Shown here one piece after another: positions 13,001 through 24,563 of a stretch of 64,000 bases of DNA. How positions within the stretch are numbered: position 1 is the stretch's first letter; each line of letters begins with the position of its first letter. A program made the translations under genes and the position numbers. The DNA comes from the human T2T-CHM13v2.0 reference genome, Homo sapiens. Location of the stretch: assembly GCF_009914755.1 (NCBI RefSeq), contig NC_060926.1. The stretch is one strand, 5' to 3'. Under the pieces are notes generated by a model. The model did not search any database, was not told the DNA's origin, and was given only the letters and a program-made list of their open reading frames with translations.

Positions 13001-16000
13001 AAGCACTGTAAATAATACATGAATCTTATCCCCTCAGAAGACTTTCTACTTTGAACTCTCTCAACCAAGCAGTATTAGAGCAAATAAGCAAATTCCTCAG
13101 TTGAGAGTTAATCTTGCAAACATCCTGCTGTAGGGAAAGGTCATGGCCTGATCTGTAAACACGGGAAGAGAGCCATTGGACTTGGGAATCAGATGCAGCC
13201 TCACACGGCTGCAGACCGCAAGACTCATCCTAGACACAGCTTATGTCACTGTGATCCAGCTGTTGACAAGGCTGGTCACAGTGAGGACATCTTCAGTGTG
13301 TCAGCTGAACTACAGAAAATGTTACAGATTCTAATCAACTTCTGATAAAATCATGCGTGGTCATAGTTACATGCAGTGAATTTCTCTGTCAGAACAAAAA
13401 GAATATGCAAATAAAAATTTAGACATAAGCCTCAAATCCCATCCTCAGCATCAAATGATGGCTCACCCATTTTTCCTCTGCTGTACCATAAGGCATATAG
13501 AGCATGACCTGATCAGAGTGCTGATGTCCCATTCTATCATACTGATGAAGACACAGGTCATTACTAATGAAGCCTCTTAAACCTCACATCATGGTTAGCA
13601 TCTGCACTCTCATAAACGTCTTAAGTCCCTTGAATCAGGCAAAATCTCTATAAATATTTAAGTTTTTTCTAAAAAAAGAGTGGCTGCCAAACCTCAAGCT
13701 AAGAAACTTTCAAATAAAGTTTTCTTTAAAACAAAAGTTAAAATGTTTTAAATTTTCATAGTAACACATTTTTTTTTTAAATTAGAAGGTCTTATAAAAT
13801 ACCGGAAAGACAATTTTTACTTTGGAAACCTCAAAAGCATAAATCAGCTTAAGATCTGGAAATAATTTTAGGTATTGATCGCAGTTCTATAAACTCAATG
13901 CTAGAGTCACTGGGGACAAACAGGGACATGAGAATCCTACTCGGAGTAAATTGCCACCTGAGGTGACAAAGCTGACTACGGTTTCCAATCTAGTTGTACA
14001 CGGAGGGTCAGGAATGAAAGCAAGAAGACCCAAGGGCCCCTCTCCACCACTTTCCTTACCAGAGTTCAGATTCCCAAACTTTTGCTTCCCTTATATTATT
14101 TTCTTCAATGGACTCTAATTATGAAAGGAATACTTACAGGAAAGCAAGCTTACTAAATTTGGTTTTCCAAGTTCTTACTGATTACATATTAATCAAATTA
14201 TTAAACCTTATACTTTATGTGAAATGGAGGTTAACTCATTAAACTGATAAAATTCCATCTAAGATCAAAGGAACTTGAATGCTGCTAAAGGTATATTTAG
14301 AATAAACTAAAGAAATCTTAGCCAAAAGAAAGTGTATGTATCTAATCTTTAGAGAGGCTTTCAAATGTTGCTTTAAGCTACTTTTATTAACAAAACTGCA
14401 TTTTGAACTCCACTGCTTGACAACTATGGCCTTTGTTTCTTAAGTCAATTCTTACCTTTCTGGGGCCTTGGTTTAACTACTTCCTTTGTTTTAAGGACAC
14501 AAAGCTTGTCAGTTCTCAAAATAAAAACCTGTCTCTCTGGTCAGATCATTAACTCCCTAGTCAAACTTTCAGACTACCGTCTGAACATCAAGTGCTAGCC
14601 TGAGCTTGTTTCCAGTCCCCCAACCCCAGGCTGTGGCTGGGGAAGGAAGAGGACAGCGAAAGCTTTCTCTGCTCCCTCGGGAGACAGGAAAGCCCTTTAT
14701 TTATTCCTGCCCTTCCTCTTCTCCAACTGAAGAGTGTGATCTTGGTACAGAGCAGTTCCACACATGCCACACTGGTCTGATCTTTTAGAGTAAAAAATGG
14801 GATCTTCTCAGAGAAAATTTTTTTAAAAACTTCATGTGCTTAGGTCTCAGAGCAGAGAATTTTGTCTTATCATGACGCCACTCACTGGCAAACAAGCTGG
14901 CGTGCACAGGGACTTGTGAGGCTCTCAGCAGAGTCAGGGTAGCAGTTATTTCCCTTTGACTGCCTCAACTTCCTATGTTTGTGTTGACATGCCAGATCCT
15001 TATTTCTGCGGAATGAGAAATCTCTTGAGAATAAAGTTTTCCTAAACAGAACAAAAGTATCAAATCACTTTTGATGAGCAAACATTATTTTAAACTTTTT
15101 TTTAACTTACAAAAGATGAGGGGTAACATTTACTAGTTTTACAGAAATTTTCTTTAAACAGAACATTAGTGAACCAAATAACCAATTCTCCTCAAACATG
15201 ATAGACAGGATGGAGGTTATCACTTTGATCATTTTAACCTCCAACATAGTAATTTGTAAACATCAGTCGCTGCACAAGTATTTTAATAACAGGCCAGCCC
15301 ACGGGAGTAAACAGCACCTTAGCCTCGAGACCTGTTCTCTCAACTGTGTGTACAGATTTTCTAAGTCGTTATGAATTCAGATATTCCCTACATCTCAATA
15401 AAAACACCTAGGAGAACAAGAAATCAGGACATGCATCTCCTGTAAGCAGAAGAGAAACCGAGCACCTGCTCTCTTGCGGGGGGGCAGCTTCGTGTCACTT
15501 TCCAACTCAGCCTCCACAGGAGCACGGGCATATTGGTTCAAATGAAGTGTAAAGGACACATCTCTGTCCACAGTGTAAATCCTATTTCCTTAAGGTGGTC
15601 AACCGATTGAGACCAGTTCCACACTTCCTTAAAGAAGGAAAAACTCAGCAGCCAGCGCCAAGGCCCAGCGATCAGAGAGGACCCGTGCTCGCCGCGACCC
15701 CGCGCTCGCCCTGTGGCCCCGCGACCCCGGCGCCAGGTGTTGGGGGGACCGGCCCTTCCCTTCCGGGTGTGAGGGGCTGGCCCTTCTCTTCCAGGTTGGG
15801 GGGCTGGCAAACTCGAACCTCGCCGGCGCCCTAGCCAAGGCCTCCTCCCCGCGCCTGCCGCGGGTTCCACGCACATTCCAAGCGCGCGCATTCGACCCAA
15901 ACTTCAGAGACGCTTCTGTGGAACGGAAGGATGGTCGCTGACACCTCGCCGTTCAAATATCAGGAAGTTAAAAATAACACGACCATCGTCATCATTCCAA

Positions 16001-16238
16001 ACTTCGGAATAGCTTTTCTAAAAATGGAAAAGACGGTGGCTAAACTTCAATCAAAATCGCTGTGGTCAAGAAAGTCCTGGAAGCTGCTCTATCTTAACTT
16101 TGGGCGGTTTGCGGTTAACAGACGCGCGACCTAGAAACCCCAGAGGCATCGCCGGTTTTCCCGTCCTCCTCCTCCCACCACCGCCCAGCTCTTGAGAGGG
16201 GAGGGTGCTGCCGGACAGGTGGGTCCCCGGGTACTCAC

Positions 16239-16330
16239 TGCTGCCCGCCCGGCCGCGGCGCCCCGTCCCGAGGCTGCCCAGGAAGAGGAAGGCGCGCTGC
16301 CCCGCCCCGCGGACAAGGAGGCCCCAGCGA
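16239..16330 (-). other. SH3YL1: SH3YL1 exon 1 (5'UTR plus the A of the split ATG at 16239); 5' boundary approximate
   Basis: GC-rich exon in the CpG island ending ...GGCAGCA|GTGAGTAC (donor 16238-16231). Splicing to exon 2 gives GGCAGC-ATG-AAT with A at -3. Confidence 0.85.
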
Positions 16331-17219
16331 GGGCGTACCTGCGGCAGGTGACGAAGGAGGCGGCGCAAAACACCCGCCGTGTACGTTTCGCGGGACAAAA
16401 ACCACGCGCCCGCCGGGCCGCGCTCAGGCCTTCGCCCTCAGGGACTTCGGAACCGCCCCGTCCTCAAGATCGAAAAGCCCAGAGCCCCGCGGCGGCTCCA
16501 AGCACGGTGTTGGGGGTGGGGGTCTCAGGGAGCGCCCAGGCCCAAGGCCGCCCTGGTCCGGCGTGGACCCCGCGGGGCTCAAGGCAGGTTCCCCGCGTGA
16601 CCCGCCCAGCCCCTCTATGCGAACTCGAACGACAGGCACCACAGCCCGCCACGTGCGCGAGACTCGCGCTGTGCCCCAACCCAGGTGGGCGGCCCGCGGA
16701 GCCGCGAGGCCTGAGCCCGCCCTGCAGGTGACCCGCGGCCCTTCCTCCTCCAGGTACCCCTCTCCTGCGGCCCCGTCCCCTATAGGTAACCTTTACCTCC
16801 CGCGGCTCCTTCCCCTCCAAGCGACCCGCAGCCCCGCCCCCTCCAGGTGACTCCCCCCCGCCAACCCCCGCCACCACACACACACACCCCCTCGCCTTCC
16901 GCGGCCCTACTCCCTCCAGGTGACCCCACCCCCGCAGCTCCTCCTCCTCCGGACAACCTGCAGCCCCGCCCCTGCAGGTGAACGGCGGCCCAGTCCCTGC
17001 AGGTGACCCGCGGACCCTCCCCGCCCGTCCTACTACCGTCATAGGACCGCCTCCGCAGGCGCACTGGAGCCGATTGCGCAGGCGTGGCTCTCACACGCGC
17101 TGCCCTGTTGGCGTTGGTGCGGGACTGCGCAGGCGCGCGGGGCAAGAGGCTGGCAGTGCGCCTGCGCCGCGTCGGCGTGCGGAACGCCGCGGTGTCTCGG
17201 CGCCTCTGCGCGCGGGAAG

Positions 17220-17262
17220 ATGGCGGAACAGGCTACCAAGTCCGTGCTGTTTGTGTGTCTGG
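17220..17262 (+). CDS. ACP1: ACP1 coding exon 1 (MAEQATKSVLFVCLG)
   Basis: ATG at 17220 in strong Kozak context (AAGATGG); donor G|GTAAG at 17263. Encodes the start of the P-loop CLGNICRS. Confidence 0.98.
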
Positions 17263-18759
17263 GTAAGAGGGCGCCGACTTACTCATGTTCTGACGTCCTC
17301 TGGAGAGTTGGATCGGGCTTGTGCGCTGTAGGTTGTGCCGCCGGCCTAGGAACCATGAGGGGGAGGAGGCCAGGGACTGGGAGGCCTAGGGTGTTCTAGG
17401 AGTGTGCCGCAGCGCCCCTGTTCCCCATCCGCCCCGTGCACCCGCCCAGCCTGCCCGCTAAACCTGGGTCCCCTCGCGCCTGCCATATATCCGGGGCTCT
17501 TGGCATCTGCAGCCACAGCCCCTACAAGCCAAGGTACTTTCTTTGCGACTACTAGAATCCCTCTCGTTCCCCTCCAATGGGCCCAGGTAGGCCTGGAGGT
17601 TGTCGGACTGATGTGGTCTCTTAGGGGCCTCCTGAGTCCTATGACAACATTGTTTTGTTTGCTAGTTTCCTTAGCCCATGCTTAGATAGGGATCTGAGTT
17701 AAAGGGAGATGAAGTTTTACGGTTTCGGGTTTCTTGATTGTAAAAGCCAAGCAAAGGAGACCTGGAGGTCCCTATATAACTTTGGCCCATGAAAAATGAA
17801 AGTGTATTTTATTAATGGCTTTTCAGGAACTTTCCAGCTTAAATTATTTTCACTCCTAGAATTTCAACACTTAGCTTGCCTTACTTCAAACATAATTTAT
17901 TTTCCGTTTGGTCTTCAGGGATCTTCCTTTGGTGTAGCACTACAAGGTTATATTCCTCGGTGCCTCCACCCTGAGAGGAAGGCCTAAATTGTCAGTAGTC
18001 CGGTTACTTAAAACCTTCTGTGAGTTTGCATTTCCTGCAGTTTCTGTTTATTTTTACAGACTCCTCACTTTATCTCCTGTACCTTTTCCTGCTCACACCC
18101 TCGGGACACTGCCTTCCAGAACCTTTCGTTGTTCGGTAGCACTTCACATGCTTACTGAGCCTTCATCGCTGGGTGCCCATTATGCATTTTGCCTGGAAAG
18201 CCTTTTTATTTTATAAAGTCAAACCTAAATATTTCCTCCTTTGCTTTCCCAGATCATGAGTTGCTTCCTTATCGACATCTTTTATTACACAAATTTTACT
18301 ATAATTTGTGTAATATAGTAAAAGATGTAATACAGAAAAGGTGTGATTCCTTATCGACATCTTTTATTACACAAATTTTACTATAATTATTTGATAGTCT
18401 GTTGAAATCCCAGCTGAGTTTAATTTTGTCGATGGCAATAACTGTGGCTTATTTTTCATTTTGTTTTCAGCTTTAGGACAATATATGATAAACGCTGACT
18501 AGGTTTTGTAGAAGTTAACTTCTGTGAAAGACGAATTAGAAGGCTTACCTTGTTTCACATTGGTAGTGGGCATCATTTGATTTTTAAGACTCATTGAAGG
18601 CTGAATGATGAAATCAATAAGTTTATTAAACAGTAGTTTGGTTAAGGATGGTTACTAAATAATATTCCATTCCCTTGTATAGTTTTGGTTGGTATTGTCG
18701 ATTATGCTGGCATAATGCATCATGGTTGCTGTTAATGGGGAAGTGTATCCTTGCATATA

Positions 18760-19461
18760 CAGTAGTCCCACTTTAGCTGTAGGGGATACATTCCAAGACT
18801 CCCCAGTGGATCCCGAAACTGTGGGTAGTACCAAACCCAATTGCTGTCAATTGGAACATGTGTCTGCTCGTTTCTTACACCCACAAATGTAATACCGTTG
18901 CCACCTTAACTAAGCATTTAAAACTGTGGTCGCAACTTTTGCAGTTTGAGGCAAGACAGCAGACGATCAGGAATTTCTTTTTCCTTGTTTACATTTTCAT
19001 GGATAGAAGATTTGTTCGTACTGTAGATCTTAGTAACCTCGGTATAAGTTTTTTTTTTCTTTCCATAAGAAGTCAAAAACTTTCACCTTTTTACTTAAGG
19101 GTAGTGCTTATGGCTTCTCTTTGCCGTATCTGAATTGCTAGCTTCACTACTCTTATGATTTCGGGCCATTATTAGTAAACTAAGGGTGACTCGAACTCAG
19201 GCACTGTGATAGCATCACAATGGATCTGATAAGCTAGAGGGCAATAGGTGGATAGACAGCATGGATATGCTGGACAAAGACGTGTTTCACTTCTGGGGCA
19301 GGACGGAATGGGATGGCATGAGAATTTATCCTGCTACTCAGAACAGTGCACAATTTAAAACTTAGGAATTATTTGTGGAATTCTTCATTTAATATTTTCC
19401 AACTGAAGCTGACCATGGGGTAACCATGGAAAGCAAAACCTTGGAAAAGAGGGGACTATTG
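18760..19461 (-). mobile_element. MER44 (Tigger7-derived) DNA transposon fossil
   Basis: Terminal inverted repeats CAGTAGTCCC / GGGACTATTG flanked by TA; internal similarity to recalled MER44. Confidence 0.8.
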
Positions 19462-20012
19462 TATTTCAATACAATTCAGTGATTTTTTGTTGTTGTTGAG
19501 CATCTACTATATGGCATGCATTCCTCTAAGTGGTGTGGTGAACACAACAGACAAAAATCCCAGCCTCTCTGGAGCTCACGTTCTCTCAGTCACCAGCAAG
19601 TATTAATTGATGTGCTCAATCGGTTGATGTGAAGATTAAGAAAAATAGAGCAGAAAAGGGGAATGGGAGTGGAGTGCAGTTTTGAGTGGGATGGTCAGGG
19701 AAGGCCCCACCTGATAGATGACTTTTGAGTAAAGACTTGAAGGAGGTGAGGAAGCAAGCCTAGGATATTTTGGAGAAGCATCCTGAACCCAGAGGAAAGC
19801 AGGTAAAAGTTTTGAAGGGAGAATACTGGCCATGGTCATGAACCGCAGGGAAGCTGCAGTGGCTGGGCCTAGTGGCCAGATAGTTTTTCTCAGTCAGGAT
19901 TCCTCATCTATACCTGAAAATTTAGCAGATAATTTGAGCGCCTGTTTTCTCAGTGCTTCCATTGTAGATGTATAGGGAGAAGTTAATTCCTTATATACAC
20001 TGGTCCTTTAGG

Positions 20013-20310
20013 GCAGGAGTCTGCAAACTCTTTGTTTAAAGAACCAGATTATAATTATTTTAGATTGGCTTCACATGACATACAGAAAGGGTGTAGCACA
20101 AAGTAGCCATCCATATGATGAACCTGGCTGTGTTCTAGTGGATCTTCATTTGTGGACATCAGAATTGGATGGAACTCTGTATAATTTTCACATGTCACAA
20201 GGTACTCTACTTTTAGATTTTTTCCAACTACTCAACAATGTAAAAATTATTCTTACCGCTGTGGGCTGTACATAAAGGCAGTGGACCATGAGCCGATTTT
20301 CAGACCCCTG
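20013..20310 (+). mobile_element. MER58-like hAT-Charlie fossil
   Basis: CAGGAGTCTGCAAAC...CAGACCCCTG inverted termini. Confidence 0.65.
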
Positions 20311-22879
20311 TTTTAGGTCCAGATCTTGGGAGGCCATGTGAAGACTTGGGCTTACTCTGAATAAACATTGGAGGGTTTTGAGCAGAGGTGGGAAGTGATC
20401 AAATTTAAGTTTAAAAAAGAAGAGTTTCAGCTGTTGTTTTGAGATGAAACTGGAGGTGGAGCATGCCTTTACTGGTTGCATTCTGAGGGAATTTGAGCGG
20501 TAAATGGCATTTTACTTGGTAGCCATATAGAGGACAGTAAGAGTTGTATGCTTTTGAAATGTAAAAAACTTTGTTCATTCAAAGCATTTGTTTGGACCCT
20601 ATTGAGATTGAAGTGTAGAAAAGCATCAGAGGTTTTTCATTGGTGAAGCTAATGATGGAAAATAATTGAGCTCCTTACTACAGCACAATTATGAAGGGTG
20701 CTTTATGTTTTTGCAATAGAGACTTATTAGTGAAGATGATGCAGGAGCCATGACCCAGCCAGCATGGTTGGTGGAGATAGCACATGCTGGTGGAGTCACT
20801 TTACTTCTGGGCTACACCCATACTGGGTGCTGGGTCTCTTACCAGGTATAGCAGACACAGCCCCACCCTCCCAGAGCCTATCTGCCTTTTATGAGTCTCC
20901 ATCCTTGAATTGAAGATGCTGAAGAAGGGTATAAAATAGTCTGCCTAATTTGGAAAAGACAAACTTGAGACTTTACAGATTGAAACATTTTTTAAAGGCA
21001 TTTGAAGATGGAATGTTCTGTTTTTAGAACTTGTTTGATAGGCGAAACCTGAAGTACATGCAGTGTTTCACTGATGACCGGGGTGCTCCATTTTTTCATA
21101 ACAAAATTTGGTGGCATCAACTTTCGAAATCAACAGGGCAAGCTACTGCTAGCCTTTAGGACAGTTAATAATGCAAGTTTTCATATTGTTGTGGGGAAAG
21201 TAAGCTGTTATTTTACAGTTAAAGATAATTATTTGTAAACGTGTGGGGCTAGTCTTTATTATATTTTTAGATGCTGAGATACTAGGCATCTGTTGTTCTA
21301 CAGATCCAAAATAATAATTGTCTTAATTTGGAATACAATGTTTGCTGTTAAAAATATTCCCAGGGTATATGGTGACAAGTAAAAGAGTTACACACCCATG
21401 GGAAGCCTTTCAATAATTAAAATAGTGCTGATGACAATACCTGTTTAGAAAACTAAACAAAATTTAGAATGTCGAAAGGAAAAACTTCACAACACAAATT
21501 AGCATATAGAGGGTATTCAAGGCTAATTTGTTGTCTTTCCCTTTATGGTTTGTAGGTAAGATTTTTTACTGCTGTGGAAACTACAGTCTCTGTGGGAAAA
21601 AAGTACGTAATATGCTTAGGTCTTACAATGTAGAAACTGAAGGCTGTAGTAAGGCAGTGAGTTGGTTTTCTGAACTAGGGAATTAGCTGTGTTTTACAAC
21701 ACTAGAAGATCCTCATTGTATTTGTTTATCATAAACAGAAGACCCTAATAGTGATAAAGAGTAAACTCTTAGTTAGTGCTGCCTATTCTCACAGTTCCTC
21801 TTTTTCGTATCTGTTTCCTAAATTCAGCTCCTAATGTCTGGACTCAGTGTGGTGCTTTGGCATTAAGGAGACTGGAAGGCCTCAGAGCAGCCCCAGAAGC
21901 AAGGTCGTAGAAACCATCATTTATCTTCCCCAGCGCAGATCATAGAAACTAGAACTCCTCTCCTGCAAAGCAAGCCATAAAACCTAGAAAGATCACTCTC
22001 TCCCTTTTGCCTTCTCTTGAAGACAGCATTTCAGAGGGGCCCTGCCTCATTCCTGGGGGAGGAAATGCTGTGGCCCTGCTGGGTTTCCCTCAGTCTGCTA
22101 CCATTGGATCATTTCCTTTTGTCCAGTGCCATTTCTACACAGCTGTGCATTGGTCATCTAAGCATCAAAACCGTTTCCCTGGGTCTTTGGGTCTTCATTT
22201 CTGAAGGCTCTTGTTAACCTGTCTTTTGTTACAGGAGTATCTTCCATGACCTTTATGATGGGTGAGGAAAGCTGCCACACCTTTCCACTCTGACACTGTC
22301 TTGTATTTGCTCCTTCATACGAGCCTCTTACAAGGTCTCTCCAATTCAGTCATGTGCTCTTCTAGTGTTTCCTTAGCTGTGCCGGTAATTTTGGTAACTT
22401 GTAGGAAGGGTCTGTGTTTTAAACAACTTTCTGTCTTCAGGTTAGGGCACAGTGCTTGGCACATAGAGTTGGCATACAAAATATGTTTGTTGAATAAGTC
22501 ATATTACCCTTTTCCATAGGACTTTCTATTTCTCCTCATAGTGGCTACGCAAAGTTCAAATGTTGGCCCAGTGTTTTAGGGCTCCTGTATACCAGCCCGT
22601 CAGTTTCCAGACACTGGCTCTCTGTACCTGAAGCATCGCAGCCTCACCTGCTTAGTGCCACAATCCCTCTGAGTTAAATGCCTTTCCCTTCCTCTGTCCA
22701 TTAAGATCCTGATCATCCTTTTAATATCATCTCTAATCTTTCTTTTTTCTGGTAAGAAATTTTCTTATATCTTGTTTTTGCTTTGTAGCATCGTTCTTTT
22801 TCTGTGCTGCTGTAGTGTATTGTTTATCAGCATTCATTTTCCCACTTTTATTATAATAAATATAATAAATAAAGTGGAG

Positions 22880-23330
22880 ATAGAGTTCAGCTGAATGGCC
22901 AGTGATTCAACCCATTGTGTCTCCCTCCGAAAACCCCAATAAAACCTCAGAGCACTATGGCTCTGAGGAGCTTCCTGGGTTGGCAGTGCTCTTTGAATAT
23001 TGTCTCATGTTGATGACAGGAGAGTAAGGTGTCCCAGAGGACAGTGGAGCTACCTGTTAGGGAACCTCCCAGAATGTGCCCTATAGGTCACTTGCTTTGG
23101 CTGTTTTGTTTGTTTGTTTGTTTGTTTTTGTTTTTGTTGCTGTTACTATAATGAAATTGTAATGGTAAGTGTTCTGCTTTCCTGAGTTTGGGGAGTAATT
23201 CTAGGGAATTATCAAACCTGAGGGAGCCCTGGGGAACCTGGATTTCTCACTTGCTGGTCTAAAGTAAGGATGGCCCTGATGTCGACATCGTGGTCTGGAG
23301 AGTGGTGTCCCTGACCTTGGGCTGCTAATG
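22880..23330 (+). mobile_element. MER21-like LTR fragment
   Basis: Contains AATAAAACC...TTCCTGAGTT...TTCTAGGGAATTATCAAACCTGAGGG, similar to the recalled MER21 3' part. Confidence 0.55.
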
Positions 23331-23487
23331 CCTGGATCTGTATCCCTGGGCTCAGGGCTTTGCATGTGATCGCTCAGTAAATGTTGGTGTTGAATCGCTG
23401 TTTATGCTTAAATGCATGTTTGTGTGTTTGTGTATTGTTTTGTGAAACAGTAGTCATCCTTATGTGTGATATACTTGAAAATACATA

Positions 23488-23743
23488 CAGTTGACCCTTC
23501 AGCCACAGGGGTTTGAACTTTGAAGGATTTATTCGAGGAATTTTTTTAATCAAGCACAGATGGAAAATACCGTGTTGTCTGAATGAGAAACCCATCTGTA
23601 TGGAGGGCTGACTTTTCCTATACTTGGGCTCCACATTCTCAGGGGCCAACTATAGGACCTGAGTATGCACGTTTTGGTATACTGGGTAGGGGTGGGAGGG
23701 TGTCCTGAACCAGCTCCTGAGTCTACTGAGGGACAGACCACTG
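23488..23743 (+). mobile_element. MER8 (Tigger-derived) fossil
   Basis: TA-flanked CAGTTGACCCTT...GAGGGACAGACCACTG. Confidence 0.75.
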
Positions 23744-24124
23744 TATTTTATTTTTATTCTGTTGTATTTCATTTTAAAATAAGCTGGTTGCAACCCACTT
23801 CATTTTCGTGATTCACTCCTGGATCATTAGTAGCAACTCTTTAAACAATAATTTTTGTTGAAATTGTTTTTCTGATATCTTTGTCATCTGTACTTGGAGT
23901 ACTTGGCTGGTTGGTGTCAAATCACTGAACTTGAGCCTGATAGGCTGTTCTCCAGCAGGGTATACCCTCACTGGTTGGACAAAGGCGTCAAAGGATAGTG
24001 TTGGCCTTTGTTTTTCCTGAGGGATAGCACAGCCCCCGTGTGTCAGGTGTGTAAAGAAGGGGAGCTGGCATGTGCCCTTCCATCCAACCTAACCCTGTTT
24101 CCCCACCCCTCCCTTTTTTTAAAG

Positions 24125-24198
24125 GTAACATTTGTCGATCACCCATTGCAGAAGCAGTTTTCAGGAAACTTGTAACCGATCAAAACATCTCAGAGAAT
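24125..24198 (+). CDS. ACP1: ACP1 exon 2 ([25 protein letters not shown])
   Basis: Polypyrimidine tract plus AG at 24123-24124 and GTAAGT donor at 24199. Completes the catalytic CX5R motif. Confidence 0.98.
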
Positions 24199-24294
24199 GT
24201 AAGTACCATTCATTATCTTAAAGAGGCCAACCTGAACTCCTCTGGGCAGGAAATTGCAAAAAAAAAAAAAAATTCCATGTTTCTTCCCCTGCAG

Positions 24295-24408
24295 TGGAGG
24301 GTAGACAGCGCGGCAACTTCCGGGTATGAGATAGGGAACCCCCCTGACTACCGAGGGCAGAGCTGCATGAAGAGGCACGGCATTCCCATGAGCCACGTTG
24401 CCCGGCAG
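24295..24408 (+). CDS. ACP1: ACP1 alternative exon 3F (fast isoform; [38 protein letters not shown])
   Basis: 114 nt, phase 0/0, with cctgcAG acceptor and CAG|GTACC donor. Confidence 0.96.
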
Positions 24409-24449
24409 GTACCGTCCTTGGACTTGAAGTTGTGTGTTTTGTGTTTCAG

Positions 24450-24563
24450 TGGGTCATTGACAGCGGTGCTGTTTCTGACTGGAACGTGGGCCGGTCCCCA
24501 GACCCAAGAGCTGTGAGCTGCCTAAGAAATCATGGCATTCACACAGCCCATAAAGCAAGACAG
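24450..24563 (+). CDS. ACP1: ACP1 alternative exon 3S (slow isoform; [38 protein letters not shown])
   Basis: 114 nt, phase 0/0, with tttcAG acceptor and CAG|GTAGAC donor. 18/38 residues are identical to exon 3F. Confidence 0.96.

Larger units (their letters stand above)
15640..17500. promoter_or_regulatory. CpG island / bidirectional promoter of SH3YL1 (-) and ACP1 (+)
   Basis: Very high GC and CpG density; divergent first exons ~1 kb apart. NRF1-like GCGCAGGCGC/TGCGCCTGCGC elements lie at ~17075, ~17127 and ~17157, and a YY1-type AAGATGGCGG overlaps the ACP1 ATG (17217-17226). Confidence 0.92.

Noticed and set aside
14050-14460. Strong - strand donor-like sites (GTAAGG ~14059, GTAAGT 14137, GTAAGA 14455) as extra SH3YL1 exons
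   Set aside because: I could not pair them with convincing acceptors or reading frames; transcript data would be needed.
15538-17685. Many overlapping 60-190-aa ORFs at the SH3YL1/ACP1 promoter
   Set aside because: CpG-island artefacts with no recognisable domains. The real coding content is 1 nt of SH3YL1 and 43 nt of ACP1.
24070-24516. 148-aa ORF as a separate gene or ACP1 pseudogene
   Set aside because: It is ACP1 exon 2 + intron 2 + exon 3F + read-through, and is covered under the splicing findings.
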